DNA of 64,000 bases. Source: Hypanus sabinus (Eukaryota). The stretch is from assembly GCF_030144855.1 (NCBI RefSeq), contig NW_026779371.1:1-64000 (forward strand), read 5' to 3'. This document shows, piece after piece, positions 23,760 to 36,109 of the stretch (positions are counted from its first letter, which is position 1; each line of letters starts with the position of its first letter). Both the position numbers and the translations under genes were made by a program. The notes under the pieces were generated by a model that worked only from the letters and a program-made list of their open reading frames with translations, was not told the origin of the DNA and did no database searches.

Positions 23760-25995
23760 GATCAAAGGTGTCAGTGTTGCAATTAAATAAAGGAGACTAC
23801 GGAGCCATGAGGGGAGAGCTGGCCAAAGTTAAATGGGCGGATGCCCTGGCAGGAAAGACAGTGGAACAGCAGTGGCAGATATTCTTGGGGATAATACAAA
23901 AGATGCAAAAGCAGTTCATTCCAATGAGAAGGAAGGATTCAAAGAGGGGGAATGGGCCACAGTGGTTGACAAAGGAAGTCAGAGATTGTATAGCATTAAA
24001 GAAAAAGAAGTATGACAGGGCTAAGATGAGTGGGAATAAAGATGATGGGAAAGTTTTAAGGAACAGCAGATCTTAACTAAAAAAGCATTACGGAGAGAAA
24101 AAAAATCAGGTATGAGCTCAGTCTAGCCAGGAATATAAAAGGGGATAGCAAAAGCTTTTTCAGCTATGTGAAAAGAAAGAAGAGAGTTAAGAACAATGTT
24201 GGCCCCTTGAAGAATGAATTGGGAGAAGTTGTTATGGGAAACTGGGAAATGGCAACAGAATTTAATGTGTACATTAGATCTGTCTACACCAGGGAGGACA
24301 CAAGCAATCTCCCAAATGTATGGATAGGTCAGGGTCATAAGATATCAGAGGAATTGAGACAGATTGACATTAGGAAATAAACTGTGATGAGTAGACTGGT
24401 AGGACTGAAGGCTAATAAATCCCCGGGTCCAGATGGTCTGCATCCGAGTGTTCTAAAAGAGGTGGCTCAGGAAATTGCAGATGCATTGGTAATTATTTTC
24501 CAATGTTAGATTCAGGATCAGTTCCTGACGATTGGAGAGTGGCTAATGTTATCCCACATTTCAAGAAGGGAGGGAAGGAGAAAACAGAGAACTATCGCTC
24601 TGTTAGCCTAACGTCGGACCTGGGGAAGATGCTTGAGTCCATTATTAAGGACGAAATAGTGGCACAGCCTGATGGCAGTAATAGAATTAGGCCGAGCCAG
24701 CATGGATTTACCAAGGGCAAATCATGCTTGACTAATCTATTTGGAGTTTTTTGAGGGTGTAACAGGGATGTTAGACGAGGGTAAGCCAGTAGATGTTGTG
24801 TACCTCGATTTTCAGAAGGCATTCTATAAGGTGCCACATAGGAGATTGGTGAGTAAAATCAGAGCTCATGGCATTGGGGGCAGGGTTTCAACATAGATAG
24901 AAAACTGGTTGGCAGATAGAAAGCAAAGGGTAGCAGTGAATGGGTGTTTCTCGGACTGGCTGGAGGTGACTAGTGGGGTACCACCGGGCTCTGTATTGGG
25001 ACCACAGCTCTTTACGATTTATGTCAACGATTTAGATGAGGGCATTGAAAACTATATCAGCAAGTTTGCTGACTATACTAAACTGGGTGGCAGTGTGACA
25101 TGCGAAGAGGACGTTAGGAGAATACAGGGAGACTTGGATAGGCTGGGCGAGTGGGCAGAAACTTGGCAGATGTCATTCAATGTGAATAATTGTGAAGTTA
25201 TCCACTTTGGAAGCAGGAACAAGAGGGCAGAGTATTGTCTGAACGGTGTAGAGTTAGGTAAGGGAGAAATGCAAAGAGACCTAGGAGTCCTAGTTCATCA
25301 GTCAATGAAGGTGAATGAGCAAGTGCAACAGGCAGTGAAGAGGGCAAATGGAATGTAGGCCTTTATTACAAGGGGAATTGAATACAAGAGCAAGGATGTC
25401 CTTTTGCATTTGTACAAGGCCCTGGTGAGACCACACCTGGAATATTGTGTACAGTTTTGGTCTCCAGGTTTGAGGAAAGACATTCTGGCTATTGAGGAAG
25501 TGCAGCGTAGATTCACTAGGTTGATTCCTGGGATGGCAGGGCTGTCTTACGCAGAGAGATTGAAGAGATTGGGCTTGTACACACTGGAATTGAGGAGATT
25601 GAGAGGGGATCTGATTGAAACGTTTAAGATTATTAAAGGATTTGATAGGATTGAGGCAGGAAATATGTTGCAGATGTTGGGAGAGTCAAGTACCAGAGGG
25701 CATGGATTGAGAATAAGAGGTCAGTTATTTAAAACAGAGTTGAGGAAGAACTTCTTCTCCCAGAGAGTTGTGGAGTTGTGGAATGCACTGCCTCGGAAGA
25801 CGGTGGAGGCCAATTCTCTGGATGCTTTCAAGAAGGAGCTGGATAGATATCTGATGGATAGGGGAATCAAGGGATATGGGGACAAGGCAGGGACTGGGTA
25901 TTGATAGTGAATGATCAGCCATGATCTCAGAATGGCGAGGCAGACTCGAGGCGCCGAATGGTCTACTTCTGCACCTATTGTCTATTGTCTATAAC
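23760..25995 (+). mobile_element. CR1 LINE, 5'-truncated, degenerate ORF2 with 3' tail
   Basis: KSPGPDGLH, NYRSVSLTS, QHGFTKGKSCLTNL, VTSGVPPGSVLGPQLF, SKFAD, LVRPHLEYCVQFWSP motifs; ends in CTATTGT tandem repeats. Confidence 0.95.
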
Positions 25996-27317
25996 TTACG
26001 CGAATTTGATCAGCGCTTAGGATCCGGATATCAAACCCACAACTGTACCGCGGATGAAAATATAATCGCCCTCTTACATGTTTAATCCCGTGTTTAACGA
26101 TAGAGGAACTATCATTTCAATGACTGAACACAAAGGGGAGAGGGACGGCCGTCCACTGGTGCTTGGTCATTGTTGGTCTAACCTTGCAGTTTAGGGACAC
26201 GAGTTCGGACGGAGGTTCTGACCCTCTCCCAAGCTAAACCGCCGCCAATGTCGCACGGCGTGAGTCCACCAAGAACGCGACACATTACTGTGGCTCTGTT
26301 CTGTTTTGACTCACTTGGATTCAACGGCAGAATGACTAGGATGCAACGTGTCCCACGTGCCATCATCGGCCCGAGTTAGAGACCATCAAATGGTTATCGC
26401 AATGCCAGCATTCAGGAGAAACACTTTGCGTTTCCTGTTTGTACTACTGCTATGTTACTGGGCAGTTGACAGCTTTGTCAATTCCTGCGCGTCATGCACG
26501 AGCACAATTACAGTTCAAAAGCCGAAAGAAGGGCGAAGATGGAAATACAGTTTGGTATTGAACGATAATGTACGTGCTTGTGAAGAAACAGAAGTAGGAA
26601 AGGCACTTCTTTTGATTGGTTAACTAATCAGAGGTCTAAGAACCATAACCAATAAAGTTGCAATTATTAGTGTCCAGCTGTTTAATATTTCCTGTATTCT
26701 CTCTATCGCTGTCTCTTGCTCTCTATCGGTCTCTCTCACTCACTTTCTCCTTCTCTCTCTCCATTTCTTTATCTATCTACCTATCAATCTATCTGTATAT
26801 CCATCTATCCATCCATCTGTTGAAGTTTGTATCTGTCTCTGGATAGATCTCTCTAACAATCTATTATTGAACTATAAATCTACTATCCGTTTATCTGTTG
26901 AGATGTCACTGGTATGTGTTCTGGGGAAGGGACGACACGTACAAAACGGACGGACTACACCTGAAAACGAGGATGAACAAATTCCCTTCCTGACAGGTTT
27001 GCTAGAGCCGTCCAGGAGGGTTGAAACATAATTTTTAATTTAGTTATAAATCATTTAGAAAGCACAACATAGATTTGTTACTACCGCCATAGACGAAAGA
27101 AAAAATGTTTTGAACGCTATCCCTGCAAATAATTTAACTACTTCAGTTGCGCTCCAAGAGGGCTGACCAAACGTCTTCTGCTTCGTAAGAAATTCGAGTC
27201 GTTCACGGTTTCCTTTTGTGTGAAGTACCTTTTGCTGCTGATCTGATTTCCTGATATTAACTACTGGGTTGTGCAGATGGGAAGAATCAAAAGGCAATTG
27301 CATCTGGATATTGAGGC

Positions 27318-27332
27318 AGCGACCCCTGGTGG
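27318..27332 (-). promoter_or_regulatory. CTCF-type motif 38 bp beyond the V7 RSS
   Basis: Minus strand CCACCAGGGGTCGCT; the nonamer starts at 27371. Confidence 0.65.
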
Positions 27333-27409
27333 TGGGAGACAGCGGGTCCTGAACCTTTATTGTACAGAACAGTTTTTGTCAGGGGCGGCTCGCCTTCTCA
27401 ACCTCTGTG

Positions 27410-27856
27410 CGCTACTACAGGCGCAGAAATAGACGGCCGAGTGAGAGTGCGAGGCATTCTTTAGTTCCAGCTGAAAGAAAGTGCTGCTGGATCTTGTTGC
27501 TGCGTAGGACTCCGACGTGTAACTGTTGACTATATCTATTCCAGCAGAATAGAAAAGAGCTTCTATTGCCCCGTCCTGTCGCTGCCTGTACCAATACATT
27601 TCAGGGTAGCCCGAATTCAGCAGCGTGCATTGGACGGTGTTTGACTCTCCCAATCCAACTGACAGGGAAGTGGGCGACTGTTCCACATACACGGCCAGAA
27701 TCCCTGCAAGGGAGAAATTCCATTAGAGCCTAATTTCTCTCAACAAATGGTAGCCCGTTCTCTGAAACTGTATTACCTTCCCCAGAACCATTGTTAACCT
27801 GACTTACGCGGGATCAATTCCGCGATCAGCAGAAGACAATATGTACCCCGCATCAT
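27410..27856 (-). CDS. TRBV: V7: TCR beta V gene (CACSS subgroup), apparently functional
   Basis: Leader 27808-27856 (MMRGTYCLLLIAELIP); 104-bp intron; V exon 27410-27703 intact (YVEQSP..QCTLLNSGYPEMYWYRQ..YFCACSS). RSS CACAGAG (27403-27409) / 23 / ACAAAAACT (27371-27379). Confidence 0.93.
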
Positions 27857-28079
27857 CGTTTGCAGAGTAGACCCTGGCGGACTTTGGGGTGGAGTGCCGT
27901 TGAAGACAAGCTTTCCTAAGAAATGTACTGCGTTGCTCGATATAGTTGCTGCTGTCGATTGGCCCTATGACGTCTATCACTTCCTGTGTAATTGATGGGC
28001 GGTACGTTCTACTTTTGTCTTCAGTAGAAAACCGAAAGAGAGTGGAGGTCGCAGTTTCTGCAGTGTCGCTTGATTAAAG

Positions 28080-28261
28080 NNNNNNNNNNNNNNNNNNNNN
28101 NNNNNNNNNNNNNNNNNNNNNNNNNNNNNNNNNNNNNNNNNNNNNNNNNNNNNNNNNNNNNNNNNNNNNNNNNNNNNNNNNNNNNNNNNNNNNNNNNNNN
28201 NNNNNNNNNNNNNNNNNNNNNNNNNNNNNNNNNNNNNNNNNNNNNNNNNNNNNNNNNNNNN
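28080..28261. other. Assembly gap
   Basis: Run of N. Confidence 1.
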
Positions 28262-28600
28262 CTATGTTTGTGTGTATTTATCTATGTATCTATTTATTTA
28301 TCCACGGATCTTCCTGAATTATTCAAATTGCTTCTGAATATTTCTCCGCATCCCTGACTCAGATGCTGAAAACGCGTGAAATCCCCAGGGATTTCGTGTT
28401 GGGTGAATGAAGAAGCTGTGGTGATACATCAGCTATGGGAAACTGTTTGCTTTTCCTGGTTAGAACAGAAACAATCAATATTGCTGACCCAGGGTATGGA
28501 ATGGTATACGTCAAAAATTAAAAATGAACTGTGAACTTTCTATATCTGTATCGGTCTCTCCAAACATCTATCTATCTATGTACGTATGTATGTACGTATA

Positions 28601-28774
28601 NNNNNNNNNNNNNNNNNNNNNNNNNNNNNNNNNNNNNNNNNNNNNNNNNNNNNNNNNNNNNNNNNNNNNNNNNNNNNNNNNNNNNNNNNNNNNNNNNNNN
28701 NNNNNNNNNNNNNNNNNNNNNNNNNNNNNNNNNNNNNNNNNNNNNNNNNNNNNNNNNNNNNNNNNNNNNNNNNN
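28601..28774. other. Assembly gap
   Basis: Run of N. Confidence 1.
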
Positions 28775-30798
28775 GGAATTATCCATAATGCATTTGTGTG
28801 TGTCTACTGGTTCACTGACTCTGGACCCGCAGACTGAAAGCGCGTGAATGTCACAGAGAATTTCGTGGCGAGTTGATGCAGACGTTGCGGTTATACAGCA
28901 AACACAAAACGTCGTTTGTCCCCTGGTAGGAAAAGAAGCGAAAGATCAGTAGGAGCTCAATATGCTCCTGCCTCGGGTTGGGCAATCTCTCCTCCAGACG
29001 GAATACTGCGAAAGATGAGGAGTTGCAGCGACGGTCTGCAGAGTCGATAATATAAATAACACAACATACACTCCGTGGCATCATTATCAGCTACAGATAC
29101 GCAGTGACTCCACAGATATCCCGCTTTCTCCGCAGATAACCCGCTCTAACATCCTTGTTTCAATCGTTGTGTCCTTTTCAAAATTACAATCGTATCTATC
29201 CACGTTTTCATTCAAGTTACCCAGATGACGTGGCCACTTTAGTAGACAGCTCTACGCCCACTCGATAATGCGAATGTCTCATCAGCCAATCGTGTTGCAG
29301 CGTCAATACAGAAGGACATGCAGAGATGGTCAAGAGGTTCCATTCCGATTCAGTCCAATCATCAGAATAGGGAAGAAATGGGATCTAATTTACTTTGGTT
29401 GTAGAATGCATATTGGTGCCAATCCGGGAGAGGTTGCCTATCTCAGAAACGACTGAAATCCTCGGATATTCACACACTACTTTCTCTTGTGTTTACAGAG
29501 AATGTCGCGAAACACTGTTGTGGAAATTACGTGGTTGAAAACACCCGGTTAATGGCCGATGTCAGAGGAGAACGGTCAGACTCTTTCAAGCTGAGAGGAC
29601 GGCGGCAGCGTTTCAAGTTCCCACGTGTTACAACGGTGGTGTGCAGAGGAGCATCTCTGAATGCACAATATGTAGAACCATGGAGGGAATTGACTGCAAT
29701 GGCAGAGGACCACGAACATACTGTGAGTTGCCATTTTATTAGGTACAGGATGTCACCAAACGGAAGTTTCCCCGATTAATTACATAACTATACAAGGCAT
29801 AGATGCATGTGTCAGATTTTAGCATTTGTACAGATGCATCCGTAGGACAAACTTTTACAGATGCAACGTCTTAAATTTTGCGCGTTGTTGTGTGCAGTTC
29901 GATCAGGGCAATGTGCAGCGATACACTGAGTGCTGATGCCCCCAAGTGGCTAAAGGCCGATTCCACATCTTTTGGTGAATAGGTGGAAAGTTTTTACTGT
30001 GGCCGGAAACTGGTGCTCCAGCGCTCTTGATGGCCTTATAGTAAAGTGTAACATTGGATGCTTCCGGCCGAGACCGTTTATCAGGACTGAGAGTGAAAAG
30101 TGCACGGGGAGGGGGTTGGAGAACGATGCCTGAAATAAAAGTTGCGGGATGAGTTAAAGGACAGCTGGAATGTGATAGGTGAAGTCAGGTTGAAGGGAAA
30201 GGTCAAAGGCTGGACTGATAGAGTATAGTGATAGGGATTTGGAATTACAATTCTTGGCCGCAGAGAATTCCTGTGCAGTTATGCGGTGAAAAGCTTGTCG
30301 CAGAGATCAATTCATAACATTTTGAATTGAAATAGAGAAAGGTAAATTAATAAATTTGTTTACACTAGCTGCCTCTCTGGAGTTACAGTGAAAAGCTGGT
30401 CCTGCATACAGATCACAGTGTACTGGTGTAGAATAAGGCTCATCAATAATATTTAAAACCGACATAGGAAACCGCATTGTGGGTGAACAGGACTACAGAA
30501 AGGTAGATTGTGAAGTAGAGAATACACATTATTGTCCCATCCTCGAACATAAGAATAGGGTAACGACGGTAAAGATCCTGCTGGATTGGTGACTGGAGCC
30601 TTTATTATCATCGGCTCCTTTACTGAGGTAACGAGGTGTACGGACAGAGGGGACGTTTGAGCGATGTGCTGAGCTGTGCGCAGGGCCCTCTCCGGTTTCC
30701 TGCCGTCAATTCCTATCCGAGATAGCAAGCGCATGCGCGGAAATGCAGCCGAGTGCAGACCGTTCGTGACAGAAAGTAGCAGCCGAACGCGGTCTGTT

Positions 30799-30813
30799 GC
30801 TGCCACCTACTGA
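30799..30813 (-). promoter_or_regulatory. CTCF-type motif 39 bp beyond the V8 RSS
   Basis: Minus strand TCAGTAGGTGGCAGC; the nonamer starts at 30853. Confidence 0.7.
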
Positions 30814-30891
30814 TACAACAAGGCCACTGAACCTCCCTGCTGCAGGCTGGAAGGTTTTTGTAGTGGGAGACGCGTTATCTGAAGTTCTGTG

Positions 30892-31783
30892 CGCTACTAC
30901 AAGCGCAGTAGTAGACGGCGGAGTGAGAGGCCGAGGCCCGTCCCAGTTTCAGTTTAAACAGAGTGCTGCTGGGTCTTGTCGCTGTGAAGGAATCGGATGT
31001 GTCGTTCCTAACCGAACCTTGTACAACAGAATAGAAGAGACAATCCATTGCCTGGCCGGGTCGCTGCCTGTACCAATACATTCGTGTATAGTCCGTTTTC
31101 AGCAGCGTACACGAGACGCTCGCCGTCTCACCCTCTCCGACTGACAAGGAGGAAGGCGATTGGTCAACGAACACGGTCAGAATCCCTGTAAAACAGAAAA
31201 TCGGTTAGTCATCAATTTCCCTTAATTGTTGATCAGCTCGCGTGTGATCAAGACAGCAGGAATGGGCTGGCGTTCCCAAAATATTCTGTCCACTCTCCGG
31301 TTAACCCGATGTTTCACACTATTCTGCACCGTGAAATTTGCGCTAAACACCAGCCTGACACAGATGCACTCTAGTTCAGACAAAATGAGACTCTTCGAAC
31401 CGCAGTGAGGAAGCGGGGTTAAATGTCATTAAGCATAATCTCATTTCGTCCTGTTTCAATTTTGGCGCAGATTCCCACGCACCCTCGGAGTAATCCCTAT
31501 ACCTCCTTCCGAGCTTAGCGAAACCGAAGGAGTCGCGCAATTTTAATCGGGTCTGTTCGACCAGCGCGGCAAGGATTTATCAGTGGGAAGGCGTTTTCAC
31601 ATTCGGCTCCTGAGTAGCAAGGTAGGCATCAAACCTTCGGCCTCATGTCCAGATCTGCCAAGTCTAACCACGTGCGATGCTGAAATACGTCGTTCCACAC
31701 CCTTTCCCCGAGATCTGTGATTTGTACTTACCTGGGATCATCGCCACGATCAGCGGGAGGCAAACAATCCTCCGCACCATCAT
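30892..31783 (-). CDS. TRBV: V8: TCR beta V gene (CACSS subgroup), apparently functional
   Basis: Leader 31732-31783 (MMVRRIVCLPLIVAMIP); V exon 30892-31185 intact. RSS CACAGAA (30885-30891) / 23 / ACAAAAACC (30853-30861). Confidence 0.93.
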
Positions 31784-31888
31784 CTACAGGATGAGGATAT
31801 TTCCTCTATGTGAAGCTCAGAGCCAGCTCTCACACAGTCTATCTGTGTGGTCTGATAAAGGAACGAGATTATCGTTGTTTTGTGGAGA

Positions 31889-31903
31889 TGACGTCACTTC
31901 CGC
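31889..31903 (-). promoter_or_regulatory. TRBV decamer AGTGACGTCA with overlapping ETS site (V8 promoter)
   Basis: Minus strand GCGGAAGTGACGTCA, 106 bp upstream of the ATG; exact match to AGTGAYRTCA. Confidence 0.8.
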
Positions 31904-32508
31904 TACGGTGAACGCCTTTGGACTGACGATGATGCCCGAAGTGAGTTCAGGCAATGCAGATACGTTCGGACGATTTGAAGCTGGGAAGCGCACATCCATG
32001 GGAAGGTGGTTCAAAATGATTGGACAATGTTCCCGAGGGCAGGGAATACGCAACCATAGAAGAGCTTCAAGCGTGTTTCGCGTCGATTGCAGAAAATAAA
32101 CGGCACTTCACCAGACCCACAAAATAAGCGGACTGTTTGAAAAGCGGTAGGAAAGGACAAGAGAAGATTAGAGGACAAATGGTGTCTGTAGGGCTGAGAC
32201 AGGAAGCGAATGGGGAAAAGCCGCCTGGATGTGGTATGGAGGGGAACGGCCGCGACAGACGGAAGGGATGCGGGGAACAGCAGGTGATAGTGACATTTCA
32301 CGTCAGCTGATTCAAAGCGCCAGTAAGTACAGAGCGTGGAGGAAGAGCCAGTGTACAGTGCTGCTTCATTTTCTATAACTGTGTGTGATTTCTTTTTCCC
32401 CATATATTCTATTGTATTTATTTATTATACTGTGAGTGCCTGTCTCAAATCGAATCTCGGTGTATCATGTGGAAAGCTGCACTTACGTTGAAAATAAATT
32501 CACTTTCG

Positions 32509-32649
32509 NNNNNNNNNNNNNNNNNNNNNNNNNNNNNNNNNNNNNNNNNNNNNNNNNNNNNNNNNNNNNNNNNNNNNNNNNNNNNNNNNNNNNNNNNNNN
32601 NNNNNNNNNNNNNNNNNNNNNNNNNNNNNNNNNNNNNNNNNNNNNNNNN
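32509..32649. other. Assembly gap
   Basis: Run of N. Confidence 1.
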
Positions 32650-32970
32650 TTGAATTATTACATGTTGATGTAATTCTTGTTAACTGCAATAGAAATAGAT
32701 AAAGCGTTCAAGGACGTGGAAGTAACCGCCGCATCATTTCCAAGGGATAGGGTGGTAGAGTTTGAGCGTTGATTACCACGCCGTTCTATTCGACAGCGCA
32801 ATGGTTGAATTGCAGTGCATCCGGAAATGCTAACAGCATAAGAAACCTTGCGAATGAAAGTCTCTGCCCGATGATAGGACAGTTTTCACGACCCGACATC
32901 TCAGATTCCCGTCAAAATGCGGCTGTTTTGCCGACAGACGGATCTGCACATTAGGTGCTTCATGGTCCAA

Positions 32971-32985
32971 CAGCGCCCCCTGCAG
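32971..32985 (-). promoter_or_regulatory. Intergenic CTCF-type motif
   Basis: Minus strand CTGCAGGGGGCGCTG. Confidence 0.65.
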
Positions 32986-33529
32986 CAGACTCGGGATCAT
33001 TGACGGAATCTGAATATAGACAAAGAAGAACATATTAATATCCAGCCTTCAGTCTACCTGCATTCTACAGACGGTTCCTAATGCTATGGGTCTCTGCAAT
33101 CGTGAGTGGACGGCTCTTACGTATCATCTAAGGTAGGGTTGAGGAGCGCGGCTTCATGTGTTCACCCGTGACAATTTGTTTTACCGCTCAATTTCATGCC
33201 ATCGGCAATGTAGTAGGAAAACTCCAGCGGGTCAGTCAGCAGCTACGGCGGGTACCGCTGCTGGTATTGACACCGACTTGTTATTGTCACCTCTAACAAG
33301 ATGCAGTCACAAGCTTGTTCACAGATGTATAGTCAGTACGCGGTGCACTGATGTGAAATAGGAAACATCAATAAAGTTTAAGAGATACAGAAAGAAAGCG
33401 GAACAGGAGCACAGTACCATAATGAGTTTCATCGTGACGTCAGTGGTCCACGTCAATGTGCCATCGTCCCGTAAAAATGGGCCACTCGAGAGTTGAATAA
33501 CAGCGGGAGAACAGGCTGCCCTTGCGATT

Positions 33530-33775
33530 GTTAGTATGCACATTCAGATCATTGAGTCCTCCGCCCGACTGGAGGCTGGCGACTGCGCTCCTCTGACAGA
33601 AGGAAATATCAGACAGGGGGTGCTTCCGGGATCGACTGAGCTGTATGGACGTTTATTTTTCTGGAGTTTCCGGCTGGTAACTGTAGAGCAGTTGCCATAT
33701 CAAGTAGAATTCTTGTCTCTGTGATATCGGGAGTTACTGGAGCAGGAGGAGAAAGCTGGACACGTGTTGCCGGTT
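33530..33775 (-). pseudogene. Possible highly decayed V relic
   Basis: Shares the 13-mer TCCAGCTTTCTCC with V1 FR1. Remnant translations YSSVDPGS (CDR2-like) and RAEDSMI*MC (FR3-like). No RSS. Confidence 0.3.
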
Positions 33776-33811
33776 CGAGACAGAATAAGTGGCTGTCAAA
33801 CACCATCCTGT

Positions 33812-33826
33812 GCTGCCACCTAGTGG
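33812..33826 (-). promoter_or_regulatory. CTCF-type motif 39 bp beyond the V9 RSS
   Basis: Minus strand CCACTAGGTGGCAGC; the nonamer starts at 33866. Confidence 0.8.
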
Positions 33827-33904
33827 TGGAACATGAACTCTGAACGTTCCTGTGATAAACAGGAAGGTTTTTGTACTGAGAGACCCTTTACTTCAAGCTC
33901 TGTG

Positions 33905-34891
33905 CGCTACTACAAGCGCAGAGGTAGACGGCGGAGTGGGAGGACGATGCCCGCGTCAGTTCCAGTTTAAACAGCGTGTCGCTGGGTCTTGTCGCCGCGT
34001 AGGAATCAGATGTGTAGTTCACAGATGATCCTTGCCCAGCAGAATAGAAGAGAACATCAATTGCCCGGCCGGATCGCTGTCTGTACCAGTACATATTTCT
34101 ATAGCCCGTATTCAGCAGCGTACACGACAGAGTGGCCGGGTCTCCCTCTGCGATTGACAGGGAGGAAGGCGATTGCTCCACGTAGGCGGTCAGAATCCCT
34201 GTCGGACAGAAATCAGATTAGACTCCAATTTCTCTCAATTCATCATCAAAGTGCGCGGAAGCAAGATAGATGGAAGAGTTTGGTATTATCGAAGGACCGT
34301 GGCCACTCTCCGATTTTCCCCGGAGATTCGCACTGTTGTGCGATGTGTAATAGGCGAGATGTACAATCCTCACCCGATGACCATGGCCGAATGGTGGGTC
34401 ATTTACACCGGCCGCTCTGCGATCAACACAACGAAATGCTGTGAGATGAGACACCCAAACGCACGAAAGCGCTGACGCACACGTACTCGAACTCGGGCAA
34501 AACCTCATCCATCGAAACGCAGTGAGGAACCGGGGTAAAATGCCGTTTAACAAGCACACATTTGTTCTGAGTTCAATTCCCCTCGCATCCTACAAGAAAC
34601 CCCGATATCCTCTCAGAGCATCGTGGCAGAACGGAATGACCCCACGGGGGTCACTCTGACAAGCGCGTTACATATTTATCTGTCATAAAACACTTTGCCA
34701 TTTGTTGAAAGGGATCAATCAAATCATTGCCCTCTTGGGGAGAAATTCTACCAAGAAGAACCACGTTCGATACTGCACCCCGCCGTTCCACAAAGTGCAT
34801 TTTACACCCCCTGACCCCAGCCCTGTGATTTTAACTTACGCGGGATCACCGCCACGATCAGCGGAATGCAAAGCCTGGCCGTCAGCATCAT
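33905..34891 (-). CDS. TRBV: V9: TCR beta V gene (CACSS subgroup), apparently functional
   Basis: Leader 34840-34891 (MMLTARLCIPLIVAVIP); V exon 33905-34198 intact. RSS CACAGAG (33898-33904) / 23 / ACAAAAACC (33866-33874). Decamer-like AGTGACACCA at 34990-34999. Confidence 0.93.
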
Positions 34892-35114
34892 TTACCGCTG
34901 TGTGGAATCGAGTGATGTTCCGTTTCAGCTCAGGGGGAAGTCTATCCGCGTTGCCTGAGAAAGCAATTCTCCCATTGGCCCCGTGGCAATGGTGTCACTT
35001 CTGCAAATATATTTGCCTCTTGGGTGCGGTTTACAGTGCTGACATTCTGTGATGAGACCCGAGTGCCACGCATGCGCTACAGGCAATTTGGATGATTCCA
35101 AGCTGAGAGGAAAT

Positions 35115-35600
35115 AACAATAGACAATAGACAATAGGTGCAGAAGTAGACCATTCCGCCCTTCGAGCCTGCACTGCCATTCTGAGATAATGGCTGATCAT
35201 CTACAATAAATACCCGGTTCCTGCTTTGTCCACATATCCCTCGATTCCCCTATCCATAAGATATCGATCTAGCTCCTTCTTGAAAGCATCCATAGAGTTG
35301 GCCGACACTGCATTCTGAGGCAGTGCATTCTACACCCCCACAACTCTCTGGGAGAAGACGTTTTTCCTTAACTCTGTCCTAAATGACCTACACCTAATTC
35401 TTAAACCATGCCCTCTGGTACTGGACTCTCCCAGCATCTGGAACATATTTCCTGCCTCTGTCTTGTCCAATCCATTAATAATCTTATAAGTTGCAATCAG
35501 ATCCCCTCTCAATCTCCTTAATTTCAGCGTGTACAAGCCCAGACTCGATAACCTCTCTGCGTTAGACAGTCCAGACATCCCAGGAATAAGCATGGGAATT
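35115..35600 (-). mobile_element. CR1 LINE 3' fragment
   Basis: LIPGMSGLSNAERLSSLGLYTLKLRRLRGDLI; CTATTGT tail. Confidence 0.9.
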
Positions 35601-36109
35601 AGGTTCAAAATACTCCGTAAATGACCCCAAATAAATGCAATACCAGATTAGAGCTGCCAGTTACTTACTTACGATTCCGTGATCGGGGAATCAATTCTGT
35701 GCCAGAAAGTAATCGGCCTTCGTCAGAAACGCAGAGCGAGGCGGAGTGTAGTCGCCATCGCGTTTCCTTCAGTGTTGAGGTGAATGAAGTTATTCTCACT
35801 CGTTCCCGCTCTTGACTCAGTGTTGACAACTTCACGCAGCTCAGCATCTGACTGTTTGAAAACATAGCGAATCTCTTTAAATTTTTCACAGATCTCAATG
35901 ATATTTATTACATTCATATTTAACGTTGATTGCTTATTGTGCCTATGCACAGTTTGCCTTCATTTAGAAATTGTTTGTCCATCTTTTTTCAATGGCTCCA
36001 TTGCTATATTTTAACGCATCTGCTGTAAATGCCCGGAAATTAATCTTAGGGTAGCTTATGGTGCCACGAGTCTAGAGTTAAGCAGAGAAACCGGACCATA
36101 CGGACCATA

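Larger units (their letters stand above)
28775..31950. repeat. Segmental duplication unit A, copy 2, containing a Tc1 remnant (about 29240-29880) and V8
   Basis: Collinear with 6057-9400. Confidence 0.9.

Noticed and set aside
26286-26292. Orphan heptamer CACAGTA (minus strand)
   Set aside because: No nonamer at 12 or 23 bp and no V-like sequence next to it.
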